DNA from: Flaccisagitta enflata
Taxonomy: Eukaryota
Length of the DNA: 64,000 nucleotides
Direction: 5' to 3'
Assembly: GCA_965153355.1 (NCBI GenBank)
Contig: OZ231126.1
Location: forward strand, 25,854,001 to 25,918,000
Each line of letters opens with the position of its first letter. The stretch's first letter is position 1. This document shows positions 27,836-42,425 of the stretch, piece by piece. A program made the position numbers and the translations under genes. The notes beneath the pieces are model-generated. The model searched no databases. It saw only the letters and a program-made list of their open reading frames with translations, and was not told where the DNA came from.

Positions 27836-28238
27836 GAAGACGAATGGATGCAAAGGACTGAAAGACAAGGCAGTTATTGCTTCTTTAAACTCCATAAAAA
27901 CTCCTCATCTCTTTCCCATAGCCAACTCAGCCGTGGCGTTGCAAAGGGGAATCAGTGGAGGAGACCAAATGTGAAGAGAAAAGAAAGTGAAATGAATGGT
28001 GGACGGGGGGGGGGGAAGAGGGAAGAGATTGAAAGGGATGGGGGAGGGGGCTAGTTGAGAGTGGAGGTGGGATGCACAGAAGTGGAGGAGGCCAAATGTG
28101 AAGTCCAGAGTAGAAATGGTGGGGGTAAAGGGGGGTAGTAAAGCGGGATGAGATGGAGAAGACGAAATGCGATGAAAAAGAGGGGATGGAATGGGGTATG
28201 ATGGTGGAAGGTGGTGGTGGTTATGGTAGGATAAAGAA

Positions 28239-28382
28239 AACAAGGCCGGATACACGGCAATCCAGTCGCGGACGGTTGGGTAGGAGCAGTAATGCGAAAA
28301 GCGCTCGGAATTCAAAAATGCGACGGACGGACGGACCGACCAACACGGCAGTAGAGTGGCAGTAGGCGTGTTCGCAACTAAA
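28239..28382 (-). mobile_element. Family-A HINE
   Basis: AACAAGGCCGGATACACGGCAATCCAGTCGCGGACGG...(GACG)n...AACTAAA. Confidence 0.7.
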
Positions 28383-28839
28383 CGTTGGAGCAAAGAGGCG
28401 AAAGATTAGAAAAAGTAAGTAAGACTGTGGATGAAATGGGTTACGGAGAACATGGATGAAGGAGAACCGAAATGAACCAAAATAAATGAATCGAAAGGTG
28501 GCAAAAAGTGCATGATGGCGGAGGCACCGCTAACACATGACACTTTGGAAGAATATGATTTGAGGTCTGGGACCAGAGGAAGACAGGTAAGTGATAAGAA
28601 AACAAAGAGGGAAGTTGCGATAACTTAAACTTATTAGGGTCAGAAATGGAATGTTTGGAGGTTTGCACGAGAGGTGGATGCATGTGTGGTAAGTATTTAT
28701 TTAGTAAGAAGGGCAAAAAGTGGTAAAAAAAGAAAAGGTATTGCTGCATCTAGAAAGATCGGATTGCTGTGCAAACCAAAACAACATTATATAGATTCAC
28801 GAATTTCACGTAGCGTACGGACAAAAGATCAAACGTGAG

Positions 28840-29120
28840 GCGACGGTTGGTGACAGAGAGGGGATGGTTGGTGACGGAGACGTGACGAAGACGCGACCGT
28901 TGGTGACGGAGACGAGACGATTGGTAACAGAGACGCGACCGTTGGTGATGCAGGGGGAACGGTTAGTGACAAAGACGCGATGGTTGGTGACGGAGACGAG
29001 ACGGCTGGTGACGGAGACGAGACGGCTGGTGACGGAGACGAGACGGCTGGTGACGGAGACGAGACGGCTGGTGACGGAGACGAGATGGTTGGTGACGGAG
29101 ACGAGACGGCTGGTGACGCG
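28840..29120 (+). repeat. 21-bp minisatellite (GACGGCTGGTGACGGAGACGA)n
   Basis: Tandem units are read directly and give the spurious TETRRLV repeat ORF. Confidence 0.9.
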
Positions 29121-29612
29121 TCTTTGATTGATTAGTCACCCTTCCTGTTTTTTATGGCGCCATTTTCCCGCTTTTCAATTGGCTTTTTTGGAACAGACTC
29201 AAAAATAAAAGAAACGACAAAGGGAAAAAGAAAGGAAAAAAGAATAAATGGGGGAAAAAAAAGAAGAAACCATCGCAGATCAAGAGAGAGAGAGAAAAAA
29301 AATAACAAAATGAGATTCCAATTTCTGTCGAGAGAGGACGCCGGACGCCAGTTCTTTTACTCGATTCTTTCGAACAAAAGTGTCGTGATATAAAAAAAAA
29401 AATTGAAATAAAAAAAAAAAAACAAAAAAACCGTCGCTTCTCTTCTGTCTGTCTTTGTCTGGCTTTGTCACTCTCTACCTGTCGGGTGTTAGCATCTTCC
29501 TCGGTGTGTTCCTCTTTCTTTTCTGTGTGTCTGTCCGCCTTTTTATCTGCCTGTCTTTCTGTCTGTCTGTGTATCTTTCTGTCTGTCTGTTAAAGCTGTT
29601 TGGCTCTCTGTG

Positions 29613-29679
<67 letters not shown>

Positions 29680-29758
29680 GAATCTGTCTGTCGGTCTGTC
29701 TGTCTGCCTGTCTGTCTGACTGTCTGTTTGTCTGTCTGTTTGTCTGTTCTTCTGTCTT

Positions 29759-29877
<119 letters not shown>

Positions 29878-30158
29878 TACCAGGCAGTAGTAAAGTACAG
29901 CTTAGAGATTTTTTTTTGGAATATCATGCAATATCTCGCTACTACTACTCGGCCGGTTGAGTGGTCCGTCCATCTGCACTCGACTGTCTCGTTGTCCTGG
30001 TTAGATTAGAAAATCACAACGAACAGCTACAAAAAAACAAGGCCGGATGCACGACAATCCAGTCGCGGACGGTTTGGCAGGGGCGGTGCGAAAACCGCTC
30101 AGAATTAAAAAATGTGACGGACCTACCGACCTACCAATCGACACGGCAAGGTGTAGAG

Positions 30159-30497
30159 TAGGGTGACTTAAAATATGGTCAAATCCGAATCTCGTCTTCC
30201 TTGCGGGAGAAATGTGACCATTTCCATCATAGATGGTAACTCTAAAATCTGAAGATGATCAGACAAAGTTTACTCATGGCCGCAACCCCACCCCATTCCC
30301 ATTATAAAAGATAGGAAGCTGCAGAGGCCAAAATCTTTCCTGTGCATTTACTATGGGAAATGAGGGGGGGTTGCGGCCATGAGTAAACTTCATTTGATTG
30401 CCACCAGATTTTAGGGTTATCATCTGTGATGGAAATGGTATCATTTCTCCCGCGAGGGAGACCAGATTCAAATATGACCATATTTTCAGTCACCCTA
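30159..30497. mobile_element. hAT-type palindromic MITE nested in a family-A HINE (HINE ~30036-30526)
   Basis: 8-bp TSD GTGTAGAG at 30151-30158 and 30498-30505. TIRs TAGGGTGAC.../...GTCACCCTA extend ~110 bp, with a further internal IR. Confidence 0.9.
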
Positions 30498-30994
30498 GTG
30501 TAGAGTCGCATGTCCGCGACTAAAAAGGCATTGTACAATGCATTGTGCTTGATGCACATTGTGCACGACAATAAATAGGCAAACATCAGTTTCATGAACA
30601 ATCTTTTTTCTTTTTTTTTTTGAAGGTTTTTTTCCTGCAAAAAGGAAAAACGAATAAAAACCAAAGGGAAACTCATCTGATATCACAAGAGAGAGAAACG
30701 TCGCAAATCCGCAGGCAAACATCCGCGGATCAGCAAAAACAAAACAAGATTCTGACAAACATCTGATCGGCGAGAAAAGCCATTAATCATCGCCGAGACA
30801 GAATCTGACTCCAACCCGCAGGGGTGAATAAAGTTTCAACGCTCACGAATGTAAAGAAAAAAAATGATGTTTTCATTATTTCTATTTAGAAACAGAAACC
30901 AGTCTTTAAAACCATATGAGAGAAATCATTTCTAGATCTCAAACTGACATTTTAGCAGGTTATTCTTTTTTATTAGACTTTTAATGATAGCATG

Positions 30995-31680
30995 CATTCG
31001 CTGCAACCTTGGCATATATCACTGTCCCCCCAATTGCCATACCCCTGACATTCGTCGACGTTCTTTGCCTTCACTGCAACCCTGGCATATATCGCTTTCC
31101 CCACGATCGCTGCAACCCTGACACACATTGCTTACCTGGCATTTGCCGCAACATTGGCATTTGTCGCCATTCCTTTCATTCACTGCATCCCTGACACACA
31201 TCACAGTTCCATATTTTTTGCATCCTTGGCAATCGTCGCCATTCCTTGCACATGCTGTAACCCTGGCACACATTGCTGTCCTCGCATTTGCAGTAACCCT
31301 GGCATTCATCGGCATTTGCTGCAACCCTGGCATTTGTCACTATTCCTCGCATTGAACCGAACCCTGGAATACATATCCCCAAATTTGCTGCAACCTTGCA
31401 TTTGTCGCCATTCCTTTAATTTGCTGTAACCCTGGTATTTGTCGCCATTCCTTGAATTTGCTGTGACCCTGTCATTTGTTGCCATGTCTTTGATTTGCTG
31501 TAACCCTGGCATTTGTCGCCATTCCTTGAATTTGCTGTAACCCTGGCATTTGTCACCATTCCCTGAATTTGCTGTAACCCTGGCATTTTTCGCCATTCCT
31601 TGAATTTGCTTTAACCTTGGCACTCGTCGCCATTCCTTGCATTTGCTGCAATTCTGGCATTGGTCGTCATTCCTCGCATG
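30995..31680 (+). repeat. 37-bp minisatellite abutting the inner end of arm 2
   Basis: Unit GCTGTAACCCTGGCATTTGTCGCCATTCCTTGAATTT, period 37 (e.g. TAACCC at 31501 and 31538). Confidence 0.9.
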
Positions 31681-32796
31681 AGAGACTGAATGCGTGGCAA
31701 AAACGTTTTTCTCCCAAGCGACAGTTTCAGAGGGAAATGTTTTCGCGTGCTTTTACTGAAAATGAAAAGCTGAGTGGTGCTAAAATGAAAGGAAGTGAAA
31801 ATGGAGGCTTTTTTCACTGCTCTCACTGATGAAAGGAACAAACTTTTATGTAAGTATCTTAAACATGATAGATGGATGAAATGGGCATATGGACAAAAGG
31901 ATGGATGGTCTGACTGATTGATGGACTGACCAATGGACTGAGCAACGCACTGAGCAATCAACATAGAAGGAGTATATGACGACTTGAAGGTGAACTTAAT
32001 GTTTTCCTCGTTAGCTTAAGAGGATACTTTCTCGTATTATTACCTTTAGAAAATGGCCGCTGCTCAAAGACGCCAATGGGTCCCTTATGTCAGTAAGTTT
32101 CAAAAGGAAAGACGAACAAATGCCTTTGAGGCAGAAAGCTATGCTTAGCGTCCAAGCTGCGAGAGAGATGCCAGGCCGAAGCTCAAGAATTTTTTCCCTG
32201 AAAACGATAACATACACTCAATTTTTAGTCGCGGATACGCGACTTTACACCTTGCCGTGTCGGTCGGTAGGTCGGTAGGTCGGTACGTGGCGTCAAGTCA
32301 GTGAAGCAGGACAACCGGTAAAATGAGGAGGCAAAGGTAGACTTCTTGAGATTAGCTTAATCAATCGATACACAGAGCGGAATGGAACCGCCACAGCTTT
32401 ATAAGCCAATAATGAACAGTCTGTTTTAGCAGAAGGACAGCTTATGCTAAACAAAGAGTGTAGCGATGCTGAACAAAAGGACAGAGCATGCTAAATAGAT
32501 GGACAGCCCAAGCGGACAGAGAAAGAGTCCTAGCTAGCTAAACAGTAGTACCCATGGCCATGACAAGTGGAACAATAAGTCAATAACCCTCACTATACCC
32601 AAACCCATGTTCAACAAATGGCTGAGTCGTGGAAGAGCCCAAGCCTACTAGATGGACAGCACAGCCAAACAGAAGGTGAGCCCAAGCTCAACAGAGAGAC
32701 AGCCGGGTCCAATCAACAAAGGAATTTGGGATGAATTATTCGTCTGCCTTTGCATTTTCGACCAAACTAAGATGCAACCGAGCTTGACGACACTAA

Positions 32797-32833
<37 letters not shown>

Positions 32834-33001
32834 AAGAACAAAATGACTGAATGGCAAATCCTCCAGCAGTAACCTCATAACTCGAGGAGGGCCAACAGTT
32901 ACGATACGCCGGGACGCCAAAGTCGTAATTTTGAGAATTAAGGTGTTAAAAGAACAAAAGATTCTGACGTTTAAGAAACATAAATGCTCGTCATCTTTCT
33001 A

Positions 33002-33092
<91 letters not shown>

Positions 33093-33842
33093 TCCAAGCG
33101 CGGATCTCACCTCAAAGACCAAAAGCTAGAAAGAAATTTCAAAAACTGCTCAATTTACAACTCGAAAATAAAAATCATCTTTTTCTTGCCTCGGCCCTTT
33201 AACGATCTTTTTTACGTTGTGGAAACTTTTCAGTTTTCATTCTGTTTTCGCGTTGATTGATTTTTACGATTTCATTTTTCTTTGGGAGATGTAAATGATT
33301 TTGAGGTTTTTATGAATCGTGAAATATGAGTCCAAGTATGGGTTGGCATTGAACCTTTTTACGGGCTCCATGGGAAAGGCCGTCTTAACGCCGGGGGTCA
33401 ATTGTGCGCACAACAGCAGAACATGACGCTTTAATGTGCGCTGCACAGCCGAATTCTCAAAAAAGGTTACCATCCCGTTGAGTATGATAGAACCCCACTT
33501 GTACATAGTCTAAAAAAGATTTACAACATTTACATTGCGCTTGATATCTCCTCGTTTCAAATTTGATTACAATGTATATGCGAATTTGGTAGCAATGCTT
33601 GTAGGGTAAGTTTTTTTTGCAGAGTGTTTTTTCTTCCCTCAGAATTCTTAAAGAAAAGTGAGATCGACGCTCGAGGCCCTCTCTGAAGGCTGAAGACGCA
33701 TGAACAGAAATATGCAAACGAAGTCTCCAAGAAGAGACTGAATCTTTTTTGTGCCACGAAAATTAAACCAGAATCAGAAAAAAGAAAAGGAGAGAAAAAA
33801 GGGAAAAGAAGGATAGGGCAAGATAGAAAGAGACAGAAAAAT

Positions 33843-33938
<96 letters not shown>

Positions 33939-34034
33939 GAGACAGTTTGACAGACAAAGACAGAGCGGCGGGGAGGCAAAATGACAGAGATCCAGTGACA
34001 AACAGAGAGAGATTGAGACATATGGAGAGAGAGA

Positions 34035-34126
<92 letters not shown>

Positions 34127-34439
34127 TCAAACGTCCATATGAAACACAAGCAGATATATGCAGGACTAATGACGAAAAATGCCTATAGAACTACTGATAA
34201 AGGCACAGAGGTTTCTTGCAAGTGATTTTGCATCGGCAATGAAAGTTAGCTTTGGTCTCATCTAAAATTTCATCTCATCTCGAATTCTTTTGCATCACAG
34301 ATTGAAATTGGAAACCTTTTTCGACCCCACTTCATTTGCAAGTGCAGTTCCTATGATTAGCACCGAATAAGGTGGCCCAATAATTTTATCATAAGTGGAG
34401 CATGAGAACTGAGAAGTAGAGACAGACACGCACAGTCAA

Positions 34440-34488
<49 letters not shown>

Positions 34489-34702
34489 AAGAGAGAGAGA
34501 GAGAGAGAAAGAGCAATCAATATCGCTTTTGGCGATAAAACAGTCATGTAATTGTACTTCTAAGATGTTGCAACAATCACTTGCATATTGCAATATACGA
34601 AAACTTCATTCATGTAAGAAATCAAGAAAACATATGAGCCAAGATGCAACACATGAAAGTCCTATGAGAGTCTGTCTCGACCTCCTGTCTCAAACTCTGT
34701 CT

Positions 34703-34791
<89 letters not shown>

Positions 34792-35036
34792 CAAAAAAAG
34801 GGAACAAATCCATCAAAATGCGTCACCATGAAATATTGGCCAATCACGGGCTATTCCGCGAGAATCACGTCGAATGAGCGTTGATCATTTGTTCCACTTT
34901 TTCCGAGCTAGAAGAACTTCTATTTCGCCCAGCATCCGCTCAGGAGCGCTACTCGTCTCTACCGTCGTCGCTTTTACCCGCATTTTTTTTCTGCTGATTT
35001 GAAAGCTCGCAATTCGGCGTAAGAGCGGCGGAGGAA

Positions 35037-35082
<46 letters not shown>

Positions 35083-36864
35083 CACGGGCGTTTCTGCGGC
35101 AGCGGAATCAATTTCCAAATAGATTTTGATTGGAAAGCTTTTAAGACGCTCTGGGGGGAACGATATGGCTTTACTTTTCACGACGCAGCGAGAAAGGAAA
35201 AGCAGGAAAGGAGGAAAAAAAGAGGGGAGGTGGTGAGAGAGGTAAGGGGAAGAGGAGGGATTGGAAGTAGGAGAAAGGAGGCAATGAAGAGAAAGGAAAA
35301 GGAGAAAGAGTGGAAGGGGTGAGGTAAGAGGAAAAAGAGGAAAAGGAAATAGAAAAGAGAGAATTGAGGCGATAAGATAAGGGAGTAAAAGAAAAGAAAC
35401 AGAGAGCAATGGGAAGATTTAAGTTGATGGAGAGAAGCTGGACTGGAGAAGGGGGGGGGGGGAGGGGGGGATGGCGAGAGAATGTTCTGTATGAAGGAGT
35501 TGACACCGGGATGGGAAAGTGATTAAAACGAGGCCGGATACACGGCAATCCAGTCGCGGACGGTTGGGCAGGAGCAGTAACGCAAAAACCGCTCGGAATT
35601 CAAAAATGTGACCGACCGACCGACCGACCGACCTACCGACCAACCGACACGGCAAGTTGTAGAGTCGCCTGTCCACGACTAGAAATAGAGAAAACCAGAT
35701 TGGGGCTTCAGAGGAAAGATGAAATAGGGTAGAGTGGGTGAAGAAGGACGTTACATCCATCGTTCAACCATCTGTCTATGATGATGCTAACTGACATAGC
35801 AACATGTTGAGTAGCGTGTCTGTGATTATAAAAGCGTAGTCCATGCAATGAAAAAACAACGGGAGGCCAACATGAACTTGTTCGTTACACTGCACTTAGT
35901 AAGAAGAAGATTGAAGGCAATAAGAGCAATAAAGAATTGCAGCAATCTTATTTATCATTATACGAGAGGAGGGGAAAAGCGTAAGACGGAGCGAGAAGAT
36001 AGTAAGGGGGGAGGAAGGGAGAAGCAGCGATAGCGAGAAAAGTGAGCGTTTTTCTTTTAGCCTTGGGCTACTTTTATCGCAGTGCTTCGCGTGTGAGTGA
36101 GAAAAAGATAGTAGATGGGGAAGGAATTGCACAAGCTCCCCCTTTTGACAAGGCTGTTTGGTGCTGGGTTCTCCAAATTCGATGAAGAAATTTCAGGTTA
36201 TAGTGAACAAGTGAACTTTAAGATCATACGATAAGATATTACAGAGTATGTGATTTGTATACATGAAATCAGATCATCACTATTCAAAATGTGTCTAAAC
36301 TTTCAGATCGTCGTTTTTCATTCAGTTTGGTTTATCATTGGTAAGCAGGTTTTTGTGCCCAAAAATCAACGAAGGAGAAGTCAAACTTTTGGTTTGAGAA
36401 GGGTTACTTGTCAAAAAAGAGGAAAAAGCAGGAAAACGAACCGAATGGTTAAAGTATTCGAAAATCAAGAAAAGAATTCGTCTTTCAGAAACGTAATGCA
36501 ATGACGAATTAGGATATATTTAACGCGATTTGAATGCCATTTGATATCGCGATTGTGACAGCACGTGACTCAAGAAAAGAAGAGGGTTGTAGCTGAGGGG
36601 GAAGAATGTGCGGTGTGCTTAGGGAGGAGTGTATGGCATCGTAAAAAATGATTTAGACTACGCACTAGGCTTATTTTGTTTAGACCATACCTACTTGCTG
36701 AGAAAATGTGGACTATGGAAGACAGAAGGATAGCATCAGTGCTTCTCTACCAATCGCCATATGGCCTCCTTTACAACCGATTATGCTCATGAACTGTAGG
36801 AAATAATTGGGTCATCTCTAACAAGATGCTTTTCACTTCCACCCCCTCTCTATTGCTCTGCTTT

Positions 36865-37000
<136 letters not shown>

Positions 37001-38483
37001 CTTTATCAGCCGTGGGCCTCCAATTCATAGTCATCAAAGGGACCTCATTCATGTTACTTATTCTGCAACAAATGTGATTGCGAGGATTTTGATTATGTAG
37101 CTAACTCGGAATAAGACATCATACAAAGTATTTGATATATAGTGAATATCAAACCCAATTGGCGGTTGCGTTTACTTTGAATACATCGCAACTGTTTACA
37201 CTCGCATGTATAATACCCCGTGTTTATTTCAAAATGGCCATGATGACATAAAAATATGTCAAGTATTTTCTGAATGGACATCGTCACAAAATGACGCTAC
37301 ACGTGTTAGCCTCCCGTCACTCCCCACAATGTGATAGTTTTAGACCCCCTCATTCTCATTATGCGATACCCATCTTCAATACCTTGCATTTCTATTCCCT
37401 TCTTTTCTATCCTGGTTCTACTACTTTCAATGCTATCACGTGTCCTAACTCATCCATATTACATTACCAACCCACATCGCCTTCCATTGTCATTCCAATT
37501 TCCACAACCCCATCATTCTCACTCCCAATTTTTCGATCCCTTTCCGTTTTAATTCTGATGCCTCACATCCCTCGCTAAACTCTCTGTAAAGATCATAGTC
37601 CCAACATTCGAAGATTTACGTCTCCACTTTATCACTATCGTTAAAGCGGGTTGCACCCCTCCAAGAGGGTTACGCCCTTTCAGAGGGACAGCCTTTTTCA
37701 TTTCTCTCTCTTCCTGACTCACCTACCATTACTCCCTCTGTCTGTGTTTCAATCTAACTCTCAGTCTCTATATCTCAGTCACTATCTCTCAGTCACTACC
37801 CCAGTCGGGGGAAGCGCCTGAAAGCTAGCTTGTTTCAGTAGCCTGGTGTCTAAAAATGATTGGCCTGAGTTCTGAAATAAATATTTAGAAATGTGGCCAA
37901 TTTGTGACTAAAAGTATCAGCATGATTTGAAAATATAAGGGTCGAAAAAAAGGGCGAAGGTATTGAGCAATAGATAGAAAGAGAAAGAAAAAGAGACGGA
38001 CGGATTGATGGACCAAGGGACCAACAGATAAACAGGAGGACAAAGTGTCTAAAAGTCACTAGTACGTGAAAAAATATGTAAGAATTGGAAAGGGTAATAC
38101 TTGGTAGAGCAGTTTTTTAACATATTTGAAAACTGTCAGAGCGTACTTGCCATTAAGACATGCCCGCCTATAAGGTATACAAGTATATTGCTGTCTCATA
38201 AGGGATTCTGTAATCTTTTTCATATTGGCAAAATGGAAGCTTCACTATATGTGAAGCACAACTGTACTGTGAACCTTAAGGATAAAATCAGCAAATAGGA
38301 TATGTATAAATGGATGAAACTTGATTTGTTTATTGTTTCTAATGAGGCTTTAGACCTTTTATGTCATCCTTCTGTTCCTAAGTCCAAATCTATTTTGTCT
38401 TTCTTTCTCTGTCTGTCTGTCTGTTTCTTGCTTTATCTCTCTCTGTCTCTCTTTGTCTCTCTCTCATTGTTCCTCTCTGTCTA

Positions 38484-38574
<91 letters not shown>

Positions 38575-38984
38575 CTCGTTCTCGTTCTCGCTCTCGCTCT
38601 CGCTCTCTCTCTCTCTCTCTTTCTCTTTCTCCTTTCTCTTTCTCTTTCCTTGGTGGGGTATACAATGGACTTTCTGTCTTCTGTTCCCTTCTTTATCATT
38701 CTTCTCTTCTCTCTTTTTTTTTAAAATTTAGGCCAATCACTGATAACAATTCAAAAAGTTTGACCACTTTTTCTAACAATATTGTTAAAAATGATATGCT
38801 TCAAAATTGTCTGCAAAGCTAAAAAAACATTTTAGCTCTTGGGCCAATCTGTCATGAAAAAATTTTAGCTATTGGGCGCTTTAGCTGTGGGGAGATACAC
38901 CCCCGCAGTCTTTGTCTGTCTCTGTCTGTCTCTGTCTGTTTCTGTCACTGTCTGTCTCTGTCACTTTCTGTCTGTCTGTCTGTG

Positions 38985-39094
<110 letters not shown>

Positions 39095-39651
39095 ATCCGA
39101 TTGAGTTTTGCCACTTTCCCAATTTACTTTCCTTCTCTATTTGAAAAAAAAGCAAAAGGATAGATTTTTACTAACAGAAAGTGGCATAACCCAATATGCG
39201 ATCAATTCGTAGAAAAATGCTAAAACCTGCTTCATGAAAGCTGCCTGGTTTTGCTGTAACCCGAATGGAATTTCTTGAAAACATTTCCAAAAGTCCCAGA
39301 ATGGTGAGTTGGCTCTAATGGCTTTGTCCCGCAGGCTCATGGGCCTTATCGAACGTCGACGCTCCTCTCTTTCATTTTCATCACAATTTCCTACTTCCTC
39401 TTCCCCATTTTTTGAGCTTTTATATTCACTCCTTCTTTTCTTCCTTTTTTCTCATTTCCTTTTTCCTCATCGAAATTAAACTCGACTTTCTTTTTTTATG
39501 CGAGGAAAAGTCGGTTTTTATTAATTTCCTCCGCCTATTCCTTGTCGCGCCTGTCGACTCGCAGTGATAGATTAGATATTTGTCATTCCTCTCTCCTTCT
39601 CTCTGTCTCTGTCTCTGTCTCTCTGTCCCTGTCTCTGTCTCTCTCTGTCTC

Positions 39652-39807
<156 letters not shown>

Positions 39808-39967
39808 TCTCCTTTTCTTACCCTTTCTTTTCTTTTCAAAAAGGGCGACACCTTTCCTCTCACACCCAAAGTTGGAGATGCGCGTAGAAAGAAAGCGAAA
39901 ACTTTGCCAAGGTTTTGTTGCTGCCAATGGGTTGAGGGTGATGCATAATCAGCCAAAGCATGACGTA

Positions 39968-40143
39968 CAGTAGGACCCTGCCTCATCGGTCTCATTTGGA
40001 CTGGAAAATTGTCACCTTTATTCTAGGGTCACCTTTAAAGAGAGGTAAAATCACATTAAAAACTATCAATTGGAACCTCAAAATATTGACATTTATTGAT
40101 GGGGAACCTTTAAAAGCGAGGCTGTTATTGCGTGGTTCCACTG
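39968..40143. mobile_element. 176-bp pogo/Tigger-like MITE (mirror of 7515-7690)
   Basis: TA flanks, CAGTAGGACCCTGC / GCGTGGTTCCACTG. Confidence 0.85.
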
Positions 40144-40408
40144 TATTTTGAATTTAAGAGCCCCGGCGTAGTCTTGCTTGCAGGTCGCTGTATGATGTTG
40201 AGGTCTTGGCTATTCAACATCAGTAACACAGCCACAGTAATTCTCCGAACGTTCCTCTTCATTTATCGACCATATCAAAACAAGGCCGGATACCCGGGCC
40301 AAGACGGTGCGCCGGGCGTTATAAATTCTTAGACCTATCCCTAGCTTCATCAGACCTATCCCGAGCTCTATCAGACCTATCCCGAGCTCTATCAGACCTA
40401 TCCCGAGC

Positions 40409-40704
40409 CAGGGTGCGACAAAATTTTTGGCTGCCTACAAGCAGCATCTTTTAATAGCTGCTGCCTACAAAGAAAACATGTGATTTAAGAAAGATTTCAA
40501 AAGACATTTAGTGTACAAACATAAATATCATTTGCATTACAACCAATGAGAGAGCCCTTGAAAAACAACTTTTAGTATTCCATTGAAAATCATTTTTAAC
40601 TTTTTTTTGTAAAAAAATCTTCATACATTTTTTTCTCTTGCCTACTAAATAAGCTAGCTGCCTACAAGCAATGCTTGCGTGCTTGAGCATTTTGTCGTGC
40701 CCTG
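40409..40704. mobile_element. hAT-type MITE, specific to arm 2
   Basis: 8-bp TSD TCCCGAGC at 40401-40408 and 40705-40712. TIRs CAGGGTGCGACAAAAT / ATTTTGTCGTGCCCTG. Absent from the arm 1 array at ~7200-7330. Confidence 0.92.
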
Positions 40705-41483
40705 TCCCGAGCTCTATCAGACCTATCACCAGCTCTATCAGACCTATTCCCACACCTATCCGACCTATCACCAGACCTATCCAACCTATCCCCAGCTCAA
40801 TCAGACCTAACCGTAGCTGATCTTTTTAGTGAATAAAATGACGAGTATCATCAATGATGAACGAAATGAGTTTTAAATTGATTTCAAACATTTTCAGCGA
40901 TTTTTCATTCGAGCTTCACCGACGGATGGATGGACGGACAGAGCCTTTTAAAGAGGTGCATCTGGGAATCATCCTAGCATATTTCTGAATCATTCTGAGT
41001 GATTTTTGCTTCTTTTCGAGATTTTCAACTCGAGCATGACGTGACCAACCAACCAACCGACCGACCGACCAACAGACAGAGCTAGTTATAGAGGTGCTAT
41101 GGTAAATTATTGTGCAATTGGTAAATTATGATAATCTTGACCTCGGCATCTACTGCCTCTGCATATCCTATAGTGCTAACTAAAAAAAGAATATTACATA
41201 ATGGTAATGCAAATCGATGCACAAACCAGTTAATCACGATAGTAATGGCGGCTGTCGTCGTGAGGAAAAAAGTCAAAAGCATTGGCCACTTTCATGTTTT
41301 TTTTTGTATCTGCTTGCTTAAACATGTATCAAAATATTCATTCACTTATCGCATTTGAAACCAGAAAAAAAAAAGATTGAGCCAAATGAGCTGAATGAGC
41401 TAGAATGCTTAGAAACACCCTCACAGATGAGCAGCCATTCTCATGACCATATTTTCTTGTACTTGCATGCTCAAACAAACATA

Positions 41484-41669
41484 TGGCAAGAATCGAGAAT
41501 CGCCGGGCCAACTATAAGAAATATGTCCACACCCTGTCACACTAATTTTACACTTACACATAGGGATGTTTCTAACTCTGGAATAATGAATTGCTATTTC
41601 TATAGTGCGTAAACTGAAAAGTGTGGACATATTTCTCATAGTAGGCCCGGTGAATCTCGAATCATGCCA
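41484..41669. mobile_element. 186-bp TA-target MITE, specific to arm 2
   Basis: ~49-bp imperfect TIRs TGGCAAGAATCGAGAATCGCCGGGCC... / ...GGCCCGGTGAATCTCGAATCATGCCA, with TA on both sides. Single TA in arm 1 at ~6199-6200. Confidence 0.9.
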
Positions 41670-42305
41670 TAAATACACTCTTTTGTTTATCTTACTTAAA
41701 ATCATATGAAACAAAACAAATTCTTATTGAATTTTTTCTTATTAAATCTTTAAAAAATCATAACGCAAAAAATCTTTGTCAAAGAGCATTCTGCTTAGCT
41801 GCAAATGAAAGCGAATTATCAAATTTACTTATCCTGCCAATTTCGTCCAAAGGTTCAATTGGTCAATCGAGTTCCCCAACTTCCACATAAGAAAATGAAA
41901 ACCATGTTTTTCTCGAATATGTCAAAAAGTTGAAGACTGACTTCGACTTTTTTCCCGATCATCATTTCAGTCGTTTCATTTTTAGTCACATGCACGCAAA
42001 TCTACACCTTGCCGTGTTGGTCGGTAGGTCGGTAGGTCGGTAGGTAGGTCAGTCAGTCAGTCAGTCAGTCTGTCACATTTTCAGAATTATGACTTTTGAA
42101 GGTTTTTTAAGGTAACTTAAGGTACTCTAGGGTATTTCAGGGTGCTTTAGGGTACTTCGGGGTACTTTAGGGTACTTAAGTTGTTCTGGGTACTTGGGGC
42201 ACTATAGGGTACGTTTGAATATTTTTGGGTACTTTTGGGTATTTTTAGGTATTTTTTGGTATTTTTGGGTATTTTTAGGTTTTTTTTTTTTTTGGTTTTG
42301 TATCG

Positions 42306-42425
42306 TATCGATATTGTATCGATACCGTATCGATATTGTATCGATACCGTATCGATATTGTATCGATACCGTATCGATATTGTATCGATACCGTATCGAT
42401 ATTGTATCGACATTGTATCAATACA
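42306..42425. repeat. Tandem array of palindromic TATCGATA at 11-bp spacing
   Basis: (TATCGATATTG TATCGATACCG)n, with nine perfect octamers followed by two degenerate ones. Confidence 0.9.

Noticed and set aside
30995-31680. 37-bp repeat as a CRISPR array (also the 21-bp repeats at 28840-29120)
   Set aside because: The units are head-to-tail with no unique spacers, there are no cas genes, and the context is eukaryotic.
36562-36651. EGEECAVCLG resembling a RING-finger start
   Set aside because: A stop follows within a few codons, there are no further RING ligands, and the mirror copy encodes Tyr at the second Cys.
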